Assembly: GCA_012513815.1 (NCBI GenBank)
Contig: JAAZBM010000006.1
Span: 1 to 50,581 of the forward strand
Reading direction: 5' to 3'
Length of the DNA stretch: 50,581 nt
Source of the DNA: Candidatus Sumerlaeota bacterium
GTDB lineage: Bacteria; Sumerlaeota; Sumerlaeia; Sumerlaeales; Sumerlaeaceae
This document shows positions 37,552-47,110 of the stretch, piece by piece (the stretch's first letter is position 1; each line of letters begins with the position of its first letter). The translations under genes were made by a program, and so were the position numbers. Under the pieces are notes generated by a model. The model saw only the letters and a program-made list of their open reading frames with translations, was not told the origin of the DNA and did not search any database.

Positions 37552-40266
37552 TTATTTATTGTTCAGCAAAGGAGCGACCTGTTTGACGCCGCCTTTTGCG
37601 TTCTTTTTCTTCTTGCGTTCAGCCCACCATTTTGCGAGGTCGACATACATCGGCGCCGCGATGAAGCTGGATGAGTAGGTACCGGTGAAGACACCAATCA
37701 GCATGACCAACGCGAAGTCGAAGAGTCCGGCGCCGCCCCAGATGAGCATGGCAACCAATGACGCAAGCAGTGTGCCTGCGGTCATGATGGTACGGTTTAG
37801 CGATTCGCAAATGGAAGCGTTCGCGATGTCCGCGTTTGATTTACTGGGGTAGAGCTTTTTGTTTTCACGCATACGGTCGAAAATAACGATTGTATCGTTG
37901 ACGGAGCTACCGAGCAAGACGAGCAACGCGGAGACGACATCCAGTGTCAAGTCGCCGCACCACCCGAGGAATCCGAACAGTGAGAAGATTCCCACAGTGG
38001 TGAGTAAGTCGTGTGCCAGTGCCGCGACAGCGCAGAAACCGAAGAGGAATTCGAATCGGAATGCCATGTAAATCAGGATGCCGATGCAAGCGAAAATACA
38101 TGACAGAATTGCCATTCCTTTGAACTCCGTACCGACTTCGTTACTGACCGCTTCGCTACTGGTGATGGTGTATTTGCCCGCTCCGATGGTCTGGTCAAGT
38201 TGCGTCTTAACCTTCTCCTGAGTTTTCACAATCGGGTTTTCGCCTTCGGCAGTTGTTGCAAACTTCGAGCGTAACAGGTAGGCGTTTTCGCCTGCCACCT
38301 TTTGTGCTGTCAGGTCGTTGAACTCTCCGGCGATTTGTTGTGTTGTCAGTTTATCGGTTGTCGTGATGGATGTCAGGACGCCTCCCGTGAAGTCCGTGCC
38401 CCAGTTGATGCTGATGCTTGTGGGCAGGATAACGTAGGCGCAGAAGGCCATCATGCAAATGGCGATAGGATAGCTGATGCGGCGCAGTTTCATGAAGTCA
38501 TAAAGGAATCCTTCGCGGAACCACTGCCACTTGCCGATGTCAAGTTTCTTGAAGCGGTCGAACCAGAAATCTACGAGTGCGTGGGTGCAGAACAGACCGG
38601 TGAACAGTGTCGCGATGATACCAACGTTCAATGCGAGCGCGAAACCCTTGACGGAACCGGAACCGAATTGCAACAGTGTGAGGCCGGAGATTAATGTTGT
38701 CAAGTTACCGTCGAAGATAACGCCGAAGGCACGTCCGTGACCGAGGGCGATAGCTTGTTTGAGCGGCTTCTTGGCATACAATTCTTCGCGGATACGTTCG
38801 TAAATAAGAATGTGCGCGTCAACGGCCATACCAATCGTCAGCAAGACGCCGCCGATACCTGACAGAGTCAGCGTCGCGCTGGCTAACTTCATGAATGCGA
38901 AAATAATGAGCACGTTGATGGTCAACGCGATGATGGCGATGAAGCCGGCCGCATGGTAATACAGAACCATCATCACGGCAATGAAGAGAGCGCCCAAGCC
39001 AAGTGACCAAACGGATGCAGCAACGGAGTCGGCACCGAGTGTCGCTTCAACGGTCTGCTTCTGGATTGGCTCCAACGCAGCTGGCAACGCACCGGCCTTG
39101 AGCACCATGGCGATGTCCTGACCTTCTTCGACGGTGAAGTCGCCTGTGATGACGCAGGAGCCTTGGTCGATGATTGTCTGGATGCGCGGATAGGTGTAAA
39201 CGACGTCATCAAGAAGGACGGCAAGGGGTTTCTTGAGGTAGTTCTGTGTGATGTCGCCGAAGCGTTTGGCGCCGTCGCTGTTGAATGTCAGGCGGACTTC
39301 GACGGGGCTTTCCATGCTTGATGGATTGACGGCGACCCATGCATCCTGAATGCTATCGCCGCGCATCTCGACGCGTGACTTGACAAGCAGATAGGATTCG
39401 ATGGCTTCTTTTTTGCCCGTTGCGCGATTCATGCGCGAGGTCTTGCTCTTGCGGACTTCGTATCCGGGAGGGATGCTGCGGCCTTCGAGCACCTTGCCGG
39501 TGTTGATGTCAATGTAGTTCGCGCTTTCCTCATGGTAATCACCATTCGCGTCCGGTTGTTCGGCGGTTTTGAGTCCACGGAACTCGAGTTGCGCAGGTCT
39601 GATGATTGTGCTGATGACACGCTCGGGGTCTTTTTCGCCGGGAATCTGCACGCGGATGCGGCTATCGCCCTGTTTGGCGACGGACGGTTGCGTGACGCCC
39701 AAGTTGTTGACACGGTCACGGATGACCTTGAGTGCGCTATCGATACTCTCCGTCATTTCGCGTTTCAGTTCGGCGTGATTGACAATGAGTTTTGTCGCTT
39801 TGCCCGCTTTGAGTTCGCCTTCTTTGAAGTTCGCGAACTGGGTCGCGTAGCGTGTCGAAAGTAGGTTGTCGACGGAGCGTTCTTGGTCGGCCTTGTTGAG
39901 CGTAATCACGATGCAAGGTGATTCGCCGGTTGGCTCCATGTCAACAGATGCGTCGATCGCGGGACTTTCGCTGCTAAACGCTTTGCGAATATTTTCCGCG
40001 ATTTTTTCGACTTTTGCAGCCTTTGTTTTGCTCTCATCAATCCCGAGCAGAACATCCACACCGCCTTGCAAATCCAAGCCAAGAGGAATGCTCTTAAGTC
40101 GTAATTCTTCGAGCTTTGCCGGCTCGACCGGGATGACCCCCGAGACTCCGAGGAAGTAACGGAAGGTGGGAATAATGAGAATAATGGAGATGATGGCCAC
40201 CGCGGCAACAACCGCCAGACGCCACTTTAGTTCCGCTTTCATATGTTTTGGGTCATGTGCAATCAC
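37552..40266 (-). CDS. secDF: protein translocase subunit SecDF (fused)
   Basis: 904 aa. N-terminal SecD (large periplasmic loop plus 6 TM) fused to C-terminal SecF TM bundle. Possible alternative start at MKAELKWR (40242). Confidence 0.9.
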   Translation of the reverse strand: MIAHDPKHMKAELKWRLAVVAAVAIISIILIIPTFRYFLGVSGVIPVEPAKLEELRLKSIPLGLDLQGGVDVLLGIDESKTKAAKVEKIAENIRKAFSSESPAIDASVDMEPTGESPCIVITLNKADQERSVDNLLSTRYATQFANFKEGELKAGKATKLIVNHAELKREMTESIDSALKVIRDRVNNLGVTQPSVAKQGDSRIRVQIPGEKDPERVISTIIRPAQLEFRGLKTAEQPDANGDYHEESANYIDINTGKVLEGRSIPPGYEVRKSKTSRMNRATGKKEAIESYLLVKSRVEMRGDSIQDAWVAVNPSSMESPVEVRLTFNSDGAKRFGDITQNYLKKPLAVLLDDVVYTYPRIQTIIDQGSCVITGDFTVEEGQDIAMVLKAGALPAALEPIQKQTVEATLGADSVAASVWSLGLGALFIAVMMVLYYHAAGFIAIIALTINVLIIFAFMKLASATLTLSGIGGVLLTIGMAVDAHILIYERIREELYAKKPLKQAIALGHGRAFGVIFDGNLTTLISGLTLLQFGSGSVKGFALALNVGIIATLFTGLFCTHALVDFWFDRFKKLDIGKWQWFREGFLYDFMKLRRISYPIAICMMAFCAYVILPTSISINWGTDFTGGVLTSITTTDKLTTQQIAGEFNDLTAQKVAGENAYLLRSKFATTAEGENPIVKTQEKVKTQLDQTIGAGKYTITSSEAVSNEVGTEFKGMAILSCIFACIGILIYMAFRFEFLFGFCAVAALAHDLLTTVGIFSLFGFLGWCGDLTLDVVSALLVLLGSSVNDTIVIFDRMRENKKLYPSKSNADIANASICESLNRTIMTAGTLLASLVAMLIWGGAGLFDFALVMLIGVFTGTYSSSFIAAPMYVDLAKWWAERKKKKNAKGGVKQVAPLLNNK

Positions 40267-40352
40267 CCTTCAAGCCGTTACGCGACGGAAGGGTGCTGCG
40301 ACTCCTTTCTGATTTTAACTTTTATTGTTATTTTTTACTAATAAAAACTTTA

Positions 40353-41156
40353 CTACATTAGCTTCACATCATTTATGAATAATCCGAGGTCGCAATTCAA
40401 AAATTTCGCAGAATCCCTGCTCATTTGCATTCTTGAAAGGAAGATTTCGAAGTATTCCATGACTTGGCTAATGTTTGTGTCAATCTTGAGTTGCAGCGTG
40501 ATGAGGCGCTTTTTGCCGTCGACGACAAGCTGAGATTGTTCGACAGCGTAGTTGACGCGGTCGTGAATATCCTCGGCCAGATTTCGTTTGAGTTTACGCT
40601 CATTGCTGACCAAATCTCCGCGCACCCGGTTGCGTCGCACATCGCTTTTGTCGGCGATGATGAGTGCGGCGCTGATGGCGGAAACGGGTTCCCCCACATC
40701 CTCGTCGTGGTTCGCGATAGCGTTCGCGATGACCGCCGCCTCGCTGATGCCCATGCCCATATCGAGCAGCAAGTTCAGCGCAAGGATGGCGCCCGATTGG
40801 GCGTGCTCCTGCCGGTGAATCACATTGCCGATATCGTGCATCATGGACGCGATGCCGCTGAGTTCGATTTCGCGTTCACTGTAGCCCAACTCTGTCATAA
40901 TATACATTGTGCGTTCGGCGACGAGTGTCAGGTGTCCCATGCCGTGGTCTGTGTATCCGATGGTACGCAGATAGGCATCAGCTTGGCGAATCAGTGCCAG
41001 AAGTTCGGGGGATTCCTTGACGCGCTCGAGTGTCACACGTCGGCGTTGGATGATTTGGCCGCCACTGCTGCCCATGTTCATGAGCAGCTTTTCCTGATGG
41101 GAAAGCGGGCTCTCCTCCACGCCGGTATTTTTATCTTTGTTATTCGCCATGTTCAT
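40353..41156 (-). CDS. HD-domain phosphohydrolase
   Basis: H...HD metal-binding motif (GMGHLTLVAERT...MMHDIGN). Overlaps the yajC stop by 17 nt. Confidence 0.6.
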   Translation of the reverse strand: MNMANNKDKNTGVEESPLSHQEKLLMNMGSSGGQIIQRRRVTLERVKESPELLALIRQADAYLRTIGYTDHGMGHLTLVAERTMYIMTELGYSEREIELSGIASMMHDIGNVIHRQEHAQSGAILALNLLLDMGMGISEAAVIANAIANHDEDVGEPVSAISAALIIADKSDVRRNRVRGDLVSNERKLKRNLAEDIHDRVNYAVEQSQLVVDGKKRLITLQLKIDTNISQVMEYFEIFLSRMQMSRDSAKFLNCDLGLFINDVKLM

Positions 41157-41508
41157 CCTTTGATATCACAGTTGCGATGGCTGTACGTGTAAAGTCAATC
41201 GTCACGTTCGTGCTAACCTGCACTGCCACCGTGCCATTTGTTGTGTCAACGCCGGTAACTTTGCCGTGAATACCGCCGATGGTGATGACCTTGTCGCCTT
41301 TTTTGATGCTGTCAATGAGTTCTTGGCGACGCTTGCGGTCTTTGTTTTGAGGACGCAGAATGATAAAGTAGAAAAAGATGAAAATCAGTGCCATCATCCA
41401 AATCAGCCCGCCCATGCCTTGGCCGGGGGTCTGACCGGCGGCGCCTGCTGCCGGAGCCGCTGAAGTAGTAGCCTGTCCCATCCATCCTAATATCGCTGTA
41501 ATGTCCAT
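41140..41508 (-). CDS. yajC: preprotein translocase subunit YajC
   Basis: Single TM (LIWMMALIFIFFYFIILRPQ) followed by KKGDKVITIGGIHGKVTGVD YajC signature. Confidence 0.85.
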   Translation of the reverse strand: MDITAILGWMGQATTSAAPAAGAAGQTPGQGMGGLIWMMALIFIFFYFIILRPQNKDRKRRQELIDSIKKGDKVITIGGIHGKVTGVDTTNGTVAVQVSTNVTIDFTRTAIATVISKDEHGE

Positions 41509-41691
41509 GATTGTTTATATTTCCTCTCGATGTAGTCAATGAAAGATGTCTTTGTCGGAAGGCATCCTGTCAAATTAGTGAGTAAATATATACACCGACT
41601 TTCACAATATTATTATAGGTAATGATTGCGCCGAAACTCAATTTGCGCAAAACACGCGTTCTCATGTAAAGTCGTATTGGACGACGGTTTG

Positions 41692-42807
41692 TTATTCCTT
41701 ACGGCGGTTTGCGCGGGCGAGAACCCAGCCGATGATGGCGACTCCCAACAGGCTTGCATATGCCCAGTTGGGAATTTGGCGTAGGTATTTAAGGGAACTT
41801 TCTTTGACGACGGGCGCGGATGGCGGAATGTTCCGTGGGTCCTTCGCGGCAGCAGCTTGTTTTGCTTGCGCTTCTTTCTCAGCCTTTTTAACTTCGGCAA
41901 TATGGAACAATTCCTCGTCAGAAGGGAAGGAGGTTCCGGTACTTGTATAGTTGAGAGGCGGTGTGAACCGCACGTCTTGCACTTTTGTTCCTTCGGTGAG
42001 TAATGTTGGACGGATTTTCGCGTCAATTGGCGCATCTTGAATCACTTCGTCAAATTGCCAAAAACGTGGCCCTTGAAAAATAGAAGGATGATTGACGGTG
42101 TTTCTGACGGATATTGTGTAGGGAAAAACGCCATCCCCCCGGTAGGTCATGAGTAGCAGGAAGGTTGGTGCCGGTGGGTCGTTGGAAGCATAACGAAAAG
42201 CCACGGAGGCACTCGTTACACGCCCTTTATCATCAACAAGAAAATCAATCAGTCGTTCATTGGGGACTTCGCCTTTGAGACAATGATTGCGATAGTGTGC
42301 GCCCTCGACATGAGTCAATGTTCCCGAGGTGGCTATGGTGGATAACATTCTGATGTAGGCAATGCAGTCTTTGTCAAAGGTGAAAGAACTGAGCGAGCAG
42401 TAATACACGACGGGTTGGTCTGTTCGACGTACATATGCGAACAAATCCGCCGATGGATTGTTCTGATTTCGTCCCATAATATACGCGGCGTAATTCGACG
42501 CCCGCAGCACTTCATCGGGTTGAAGCACAGTGGTGCAAGTGCTTGCGGGATCGAACTTCATATATACCAGTTTGTCATTCTTTTTCCCAATGGCAAAACG
42601 CCCCGCAAGATTTGCCTTTTCATGTCCACGGTCTAACTCCACAAACCCTTGCGCATAAAAGTTTTCGGTTGATGGATTGGGGAATTGAAGCGAAACGGCA
42701 TGTGCTATTGTGGGCAAAATCCAAATAGACAGAAACAAGCAGCATACATATCGAATGTTTTTTATCATGGGCAACCCAATCTTTCTTGATTGTACAGGAA
42801 AGCGCAT
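41692..42807 (-). CDS. hypothetical exported protein with C-terminal TM anchor
   Basis: Signal peptide (CLFLSIWILPTIAHA). About 300-aa extracytoplasmic domain. C-terminal hydrophobic helix plus basic tail (WAYASLLGVAIIGWVLARANRRKE). Confidence 0.4.
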   Translation of the reverse strand: MRFPVQSRKIGLPMIKNIRYVCCLFLSIWILPTIAHAVSLQFPNPSTENFYAQGFVELDRGHEKANLAGRFAIGKKNDKLVYMKFDPASTCTTVLQPDEVLRASNYAAYIMGRNQNNPSADLFAYVRRTDQPVVYYCSLSSFTFDKDCIAYIRMLSTIATSGTLTHVEGAHYRNHCLKGEVPNERLIDFLVDDKGRVTSASVAFRYASNDPPAPTFLLLMTYRGDGVFPYTISVRNTVNHPSIFQGPRFWQFDEVIQDAPIDAKIRPTLLTEGTKVQDVRFTPPLNYTSTGTSFPSDEELFHIAEVKKAEKEAQAKQAAAAKDPRNIPPSAPVVKESSLKYLRQIPNWAYASLLGVAIIGWVLARANRRKE

Positions 42808-43041
42808 AGGAAGAGAGCGCTCCGTTGGATTCCCATTTGTATCAGTAATAGGTGCTTGTGCATCGCGACTCCTAAATACTTATTAATAATTATTAACCCC
42901 ACATCTACTCGCTATTCAGGATGATGGCCTATCCATTTTTGTCTTTCATTGTCGGAGGCGGGCATGGGTGTGATTGACAAAAGGTTTATGCAAAGGTTTG
43001 TAGTGTAGTAAAATAGTTATTATGCTAGAAGGAATTATTCG

Positions 43042-44949
43042 ATGGGTCTTTTTCGTCTGATGACGGTTTGCGCTTTTGTCGCGTCGGCAGGTTTGTGCGC
43101 GGCGGCTGATACCCCAATGTCGGGGGAATGGAATTTTGCGGATGGCTCGCTCAAGGGTGTCAATGATGGCGCGCCGCTTGAGTACTTTGATGGCGCTGAT
43201 GGTGAAACCGCTCGCCAAACGGAGTTCAAGAAAGCGTCGGAGTTTTCGTTGCCTCTCATTGGAGGCAAGGACGCGACCGTTATGCATTTTCCGAAGTGCA
43301 GTCCGAAGATGGGTTTTGTTATGCCAACCGGTTTTGATGACGATGCCAGCACTCGCCCTGTGGGTTATACGGTTTTGATGGATTTGTGTTACAAGACGAT
43401 TCCGACGACTTATTCGGCGTTGATGCAGAATGACCCGAAGAATAGCAACGACGCGACTGTTTTTTCGGTTAATGGCGGCATTGGTTGTCGTGGCGTCTCT
43501 GATGGTCAAATGGTCGCGAAAACTTGGTATCGCGTGGTGTGGACGGTGGACAATCGCTTTGTTTTGCGCAAGTATATTGATGGGCGTCAGGTCGGCACGC
43601 AACCTCTGAGTGAGAAGACTCCCGAGCTGTGGCGCGCGGGTAGCCGTGTCCTGTTGTTTACTGATAACGACAATCAGACGGCGGATGGTTATGTGGCGCG
43701 CATTGTGGTGCGTGATGGTGTGCTCTCGCATCGTGAAGTGATGACTCTTGGCGGGTTTGAAAAGGTGAAGCCCGCGCTGTTGACTGGTCCCTTTTTGCAG
43801 AATATGCAAAAGGATAGCATGACCATCATGTGGGAGACGGAGACGGATCAGGATGGCAGTGTCGAGTATGGCCTGACAGCAAAGTATGGGACGAAGGTGC
43901 CGTCGACGAAGTATCTGAGCAAGGCGAGCACGACGATTCATACGGCTGTTCTCGAAGGTCTGAAGCCCGGCACAAAGTATCATTATTGTGTTCACAATGA
44001 CGGGCTGGAGAACCCGACAACACCCGATGCCGTTTTCGAGACGGCTCCCGATTCGAACACGGGCGACTTTAGGTTTGGTTTTTGGAGCGACAGTCAGGGC
44101 GAAGTCGATGGTAGCGCGGAGCATCCGACGGTTGATATGTTTAAGCATATGGCGAAGCAGGATATCGCGTTTGGGCTAACGGCTGGCGATTTGGCCGAAG
44201 CCGGGGACTCGCTCAGTTGCGTGCGTCGTTTCTATCTTGACCGCACCTGTAAGTATCTGGGTACGAGCAAGCCGTTCTTTACCGCGTGGGGCAATCATGA
44301 CGCGTATCACACGCTAGCGACCGGCGAGATCAATTATATCCGCGAGAATGCCAGTATGCCGTCGAAGACCCGCACGGATAATCCGGGCAAGGTCGGCGCG
44401 GGACGTGGCGCGTTTAGCTTTACTTATCGCGGAGTTTATTTTGTTTGCTTCGATGACCAACATCCGGACGATATCACGAATGGGTGGTTTGACGCCGAGC
44501 TGAAGAAGCCGGAGTGTACGGAAGCGCGTATGCGTATCGCGGTTATTCATCAACCGCCTTATTGCGAGATGTGGACACCGGGCAGCGAGACGTATCAGAA
44601 AGAACTGGTGCCCCGACTTGAGAAGAATCGTTTTTCGCTTTGCTTGTCAGGTCATACGCATGAGTATGAACGCGGCGAAAAGAATGGCGTGACTTATGTC
44701 ATCAGCGGTGGTATGTCGTGGCTCGACCTAACCGAACCGATTGTCAAGGATTGGCCGTTTATCACGGTCGGCGGCGCGCATAATATGGACGGCGCATCGC
44801 GTGCGGGTCTGTTCCACGAATACACGCTGTTTAGTGTCACGGGCAATAAGCTCGTCGGTAAAATGCAAGCGTTCAAGCCGGACGGAACGTATATCGGTGT
44901 GAAGGATAGCTTCACGATTCCGATGCCGGAGAATGGCAAACAGGACTAA
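43042..44949 (+). CDS. secreted metallophosphoesterase (purple-acid-phosphatase-like) with N-terminal LamG/ConA-like and FN3-like domains
   Basis: Signal peptide. LamG-like N-terminal region. FN3-like segment (TIMWETETDQDGSVEYG...KPGTKYHYCV). Calcineurin-like motifs (GDLAE, GNHD, GHTHEYER). Confidence 0.7.
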   Translation: MGLFRLMTVCAFVASAGLCAAADTPMSGEWNFADGSLKGVNDGAPLEYFDGADGETARQTEFKKASEFSLPLIGGKDATVMHFPKCSPKMGFVMPTGFDDDASTRPVGYTVLMDLCYKTIPTTYSALMQNDPKNSNDATVFSVNGGIGCRGVSDGQMVAKTWYRVVWTVDNRFVLRKYIDGRQVGTQPLSEKTPELWRAGSRVLLFTDNDNQTADGYVARIVVRDGVLSHREVMTLGGFEKVKPALLTGPFLQNMQKDSMTIMWETETDQDGSVEYGLTAKYGTKVPSTKYLSKASTTIHTAVLEGLKPGTKYHYCVHNDGLENPTTPDAVFETAPDSNTGDFRFGFWSDSQGEVDGSAEHPTVDMFKHMAKQDIAFGLTAGDLAEAGDSLSCVRRFYLDRTCKYLGTSKPFFTAWGNHDAYHTLATGEINYIRENASMPSKTRTDNPGKVGAGRGAFSFTYRGVYFVCFDDQHPDDITNGWFDAELKKPECTEARMRIAVIHQPPYCEMWTPGSETYQKELVPRLEKNRFSLCLSGHTHEYERGEKNGVTYVISGGMSWLDLTEPIVKDWPFITVGGAHNMDGASRAGLFHEYTLFSVTGNKLVGKMQAFKPDGTYIGVKDSFTIPMPENGKQD

Positions 44950-45052
44950 TCGCTCGCCGTGTGCTCCGAAGACGCTTGACAACTAAAAGCCCTTTGGTTT
45001 TGTATAATAAACTGTTTTCAGTCTTCATAGCAGGGAGCTTGCCGTCGGCATT

Positions 45053-45940
45053 GTGTCCGAGATTTATAATTTTATCGAGCTGACAGATGTCATGGACATC
45101 TTTTGTGTGGCGTGCATCGCGTATGCCATCCTTTGGGTTGTGGCGCGAAGCAGCTCGGTCACTGCGTTGCGTGGAGCAATGGGCCTGCTGCTGGGAATGG
45201 TGTTGATTTTTGCCTTTGCGCGCTTCTTCAATTTGGTGACCTTATCGCTGCTATTCTCGTCCTTCTGGTTCTCGATTGTTCTGGTGTTTGTTGTCGTTTT
45301 TCAGGTTGAAATTCGCAAGGCGATTATGAATCTTGGTCAGTACTGGTTTGTTCGGCAGTTGTTGCAGCGCACCAATACGAAGGAAACGATTCAGATTATT
45401 TGCGAATCGATTTACGACATGAGCCGCACCAAGACGGGCGCTCTGGTTTGTATCGAGCATCACGATTCGCTTGCGCCTTACGCGCGTTCCGGTGTTCTGG
45501 TCAATGGCGAGATCACGGGCGAGTTGATTCGAACGATTTTTACGCCCCCATCGCCGTTGCATGACGGCGCTATTATTATCAAGGGTGACAAGATTCGCGC
45601 CGCGTCGTGCCTGTTGCCGTACTCGCAGAGCGAGCGCTTCAAGGGCAAGGATTATGGGACGCGCCACATGGCCGCTATCGGTATGAGCGAGGAGTTGGAC
45701 GCGATTGTTCTGGTCGTGAGCGAAGAGACGGGGCGTATGTCTATTTGTCATCTTGGCGAGATTCGTACCTTTAACACCGAGGATGACCTTGAGACGGAAG
45801 TTTTGCGTCTGTTGAATATGCCTGACAGTGAGGCCAGTACGGACGAGAGTCATGAAAGCGCGCTTGATGACAGCGCCACGGCTGCCATCGTGAACGCTCT
45901 GGAGAATCCGGTAAATTCGGACAAGCCGGAGGAACAGTAG
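45053..45940 (+). CDS. cdaA: diadenylate cyclase CdaA (c-di-AMP synthase)
   Basis: Three N-terminal TM helices. DAC domain with DGA (LHDGAIII) and RHR-like (GTRHMAAIG) motifs. GTG start. Confidence 0.85.
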   Translation: MSEIYNFIELTDVMDIFCVACIAYAILWVVARSSSVTALRGAMGLLLGMVLIFAFARFFNLVTLSLLFSSFWFSIVLVFVVVFQVEIRKAIMNLGQYWFVRQLLQRTNTKETIQIICESIYDMSRTKTGALVCIEHHDSLAPYARSGVLVNGEITGELIRTIFTPPSPLHDGAIIIKGDKIRAASCLLPYSQSERFKGKDYGTRHMAAIGMSEELDAIVLVVSEETGRMSICHLGEIRTFNTEDDLETEVLRLLNMPDSEASTDESHESALDDSATAAIVNALENPVNSDKPEEQ

Positions 45941-45942
45941 AT

Positions 45943-47028
45943 ATGTCATTGCGTGATAGAATGAGGAAGCTTTTTTCGCGGCGTGAATCGGACGTTGACG
46001 GTTCGATGACGCATCTGTCATTTGCGACGCATCTGAATATGATTATCGTTTCGCTGGCCGTCGCCGTGATTGCGTGGTTCTTCGCGATGAGTGGGCAAAT
46101 CAACGAATCGAGCGTCATGATTCCGGTGAAGTTGCGCGGCATCGACCCACGGATGGAAGTGCGCGTTGTTCCTGATACCGTGCGCGTTTGGGTGACGCAC
46201 CCGAAGAATATCCAGAGTTATATTAACAGTGACAACCTGTTGTTTGATGTCAATATCGATACGCTGATTCCTGACCTGAGTGTCAACTGGAAAAAGCAGA
46301 GTTATGTGTTGGATAATTCTCTGCTTGTCGCGACCGTTCCGTCGGGACAGGTGATTTTGTCGGGCAAAAAGAACAGTTATCCTCGCGTTGAAGTGAGCTA
46401 CCGTTGGAAGGCGTGGGAGGCCGATGTTCTGCCGACAGTGACGGGCGTCGCGCAGCTGGCGGACAAAGGGCTGGCAATGCTCAAGGAAGCGAGTGTGTCG
46501 CCCCGTCAGGTTTGGATTGTGGGCGAACAGGATATTATCAACACGCTGCCGCGTGACCCTGTGACGCAACGGCTGCAGGTTCACACGGATCGTCTGGTCG
46601 CGTCGGATTATGACCAAGCCGTGCTGAAGACGGTGGGCATCTCGCTGCCGCCTGGTCTGGATATCATCCAGCCGAAATCAGCAACTGTCGAAGTTTCGCT
46701 CGACATTCAGCCGATTACGACCGAGCGCGAAATCACGAACGTGCCTATCCCGCCACGGCTTTTCGCCACGGATACGCTTGATGCCGAATGCGATGTCTCG
46801 TCTGTCAAAGTTGTCGTGCGTGGGCCGGAGAATATCATCAAACGTCTCGACCCGTCGTCGTTCCTGATTACGCCACTGCGTCCGGCGGAAGAACTGCCGA
46901 ATACTACACGCGAAGTGAAGGTGTCCGCCATGTTGCGCTCGGATGTCAGCGGTGAGTTTGGCACTCGCATTACGATTGTGGGAGTCGAACCTAAGACGGT
47001 CACGGTCAAGTACAAGAAAAAGGAATAA
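45943..47028 (+). CDS. cdaR: CdaA regulatory protein CdaR (YbbR-like repeats)
   Basis: Single N-terminal TM then YbbR-like beta-rich repeats. Immediately downstream of cdaA. Confidence 0.7.
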   Translation: MSLRDRMRKLFSRRESDVDGSMTHLSFATHLNMIIVSLAVAVIAWFFAMSGQINESSVMIPVKLRGIDPRMEVRVVPDTVRVWVTHPKNIQSYINSDNLLFDVNIDTLIPDLSVNWKKQSYVLDNSLLVATVPSGQVILSGKKNSYPRVEVSYRWKAWEADVLPTVTGVAQLADKGLAMLKEASVSPRQVWIVGEQDIINTLPRDPVTQRLQVHTDRLVASDYDQAVLKTVGISLPPGLDIIQPKSATVEVSLDIQPITTEREITNVPIPPRLFATDTLDAECDVSSVKVVVRGPENIIKRLDPSSFLITPLRPAEELPNTTREVKVSAMLRSDVSGEFGTRITIVGVEPKTVTVKYKKKE

Positions 47029-47110
47029 CGGATTTTTCCGAATCCCACCACCACTCACACCCCCGCCTTTTGGCACATTTTGTGTAAGAGAAATAACAGG
47101 AGTAAACGCG

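Noticed and set aside
42946-44148. 400-aa minus ORF
   Set aside because: Antisense to the 635-aa secreted metallophosphoesterase, which has recognisable motifs. Arg-rich low-complexity translation.
47050-47080. Sigma-54 promoter-like TGGCAC upstream of ettA
   Set aside because: TGGCAC is present but the -12 element is GTGT rather than TTGC at the correct spacing. Considered a chance match.
46943-47110. Upstream extension of ettA ORF (start at 46943)
   Set aside because: The extension overlaps cdaR, has odd composition, and lacks an RBS. ATG 47111 is preceded by AGGAG and gives the canonical ~551-aa EttA.
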